64,000 nt of DNA, taken from NCBI GenBank assembly GCA_013265495.1, contig MU058654.1:186001-250000 (forward strand), read 5' to 3'. The notes beneath the pieces were generated by a model. That model did no database searches. It was not told the DNA's origin and worked only from the letters and a program-made list of their open reading frames with translations. The position numbers and the translations under genes were made by a program. This document shows, in pieces, positions 63,251-64,000 of the stretch; positions within the stretch are counted from its first letter, which is position 1, and each line of letters opens with the position of its first letter. This DNA is from Vicugna vicugna (taxonomy: Eukaryota).

Positions 63251-64000
63251 CACAGATGACATATCTTTATCTGACCCTTGCAGGGCAGGGACAAGAGTCA
63301 TTTTGGCCACTTATGCAAAGATGTCTGGTTAAAAGAGGAAAAGTGAATTTAAAGAATATATTGGATTTTAGGACTCTTGAACAAAAATTAGAAAGGCAGA
63401 AAAAGAAGAAATAAAAGAAAGGAGGACAAAGGAAAAAAGAAAATGAAGCAAGGAAGAAATCAATCAATAAAGAATGAATACAGGAAATTTTTTCTTTTTT
63501 TTAAATTAGAGCCAGTTTTCCATAACACATAGTAATATCTGTAAATGTCCCTCCATCACGGTTAGTATTTTTTACACGGAGGCATCATAAATAAAGGTAA
63601 ACTTCCTCAGTAGAAATTAATTACACTTTCAGGGAACATTGACCCTTGGATACCCGAATATTCCATTTATTCTAAACTTGAAGATAATATACATAGGCCT
63701 CTGATTTTTTCAGGATTCCTTCCTGGAACATTACTGTTTAGTGAAAAATTTATATTTACAGAGAAAATTGTCAAATTCGGAAGGAAAATGAATGAAATGA
63801 GATATTTTGTGTAGTCTTTAATTAGTAACAGCTCGTGATCTGTGACAGACATACTGTAATAAACTAAGTCAAAATATTTTTTTAAATCAAATTTAGATGA
63901 AGAATAAAATACGCAATATATTTTGTCTGGTCCTAATTTCCTAATAACTCAATATCATGGAAATATTTTTGAAAAGTCCCCAAATTCTGGCAAGTTTATT

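Noticed and set aside
1..64000. CRISPR array, operon or other prokaryotic-type system
   Set aside because: The sequence is mammalian repeat-rich DNA with no regularly spaced repeat-spacer array and no gene-dense ORF structure

Overview
AT-rich mammalian non-coding DNA, either intergenic or deep intronic. It is most likely from a camelid, inferred from a tRNA-Ala-derived SINE and the 3' UTR style of the young L1 copies, with no Alu, B1/B2 or Bov-A/BovB elements seen. I find no protein-coding exon, functional RNA gene or CRISPR array. Every ORF in the track is either L1 ORF2 residue or not recognisable to me as a known protein. A large share of the window is interspersed repeat: old and young L1 (several with readable target-site duplications, TSDs), L2, MIR, L3/CR1 relics, MLT/ERV solo LTRs and hAT MITEs. 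The most notable non-routine signals are: a CpG- and homeodomain-motif-rich block at about 62.3-63.25 kb, a solo LTR with a YY1/ETS motif followed by a perfect splice donor, several candidate enhancers, inverted or tail-extended L1 insertions, a 65-bp tandem duplication across an LTR junction, and a perfect 14-bp-arm hairpin. I do not see evidence for a new multi-gene system. Repeat families were assigned from remembered consensus sequences, not a database search, and boundaries of old repeats are approximate.
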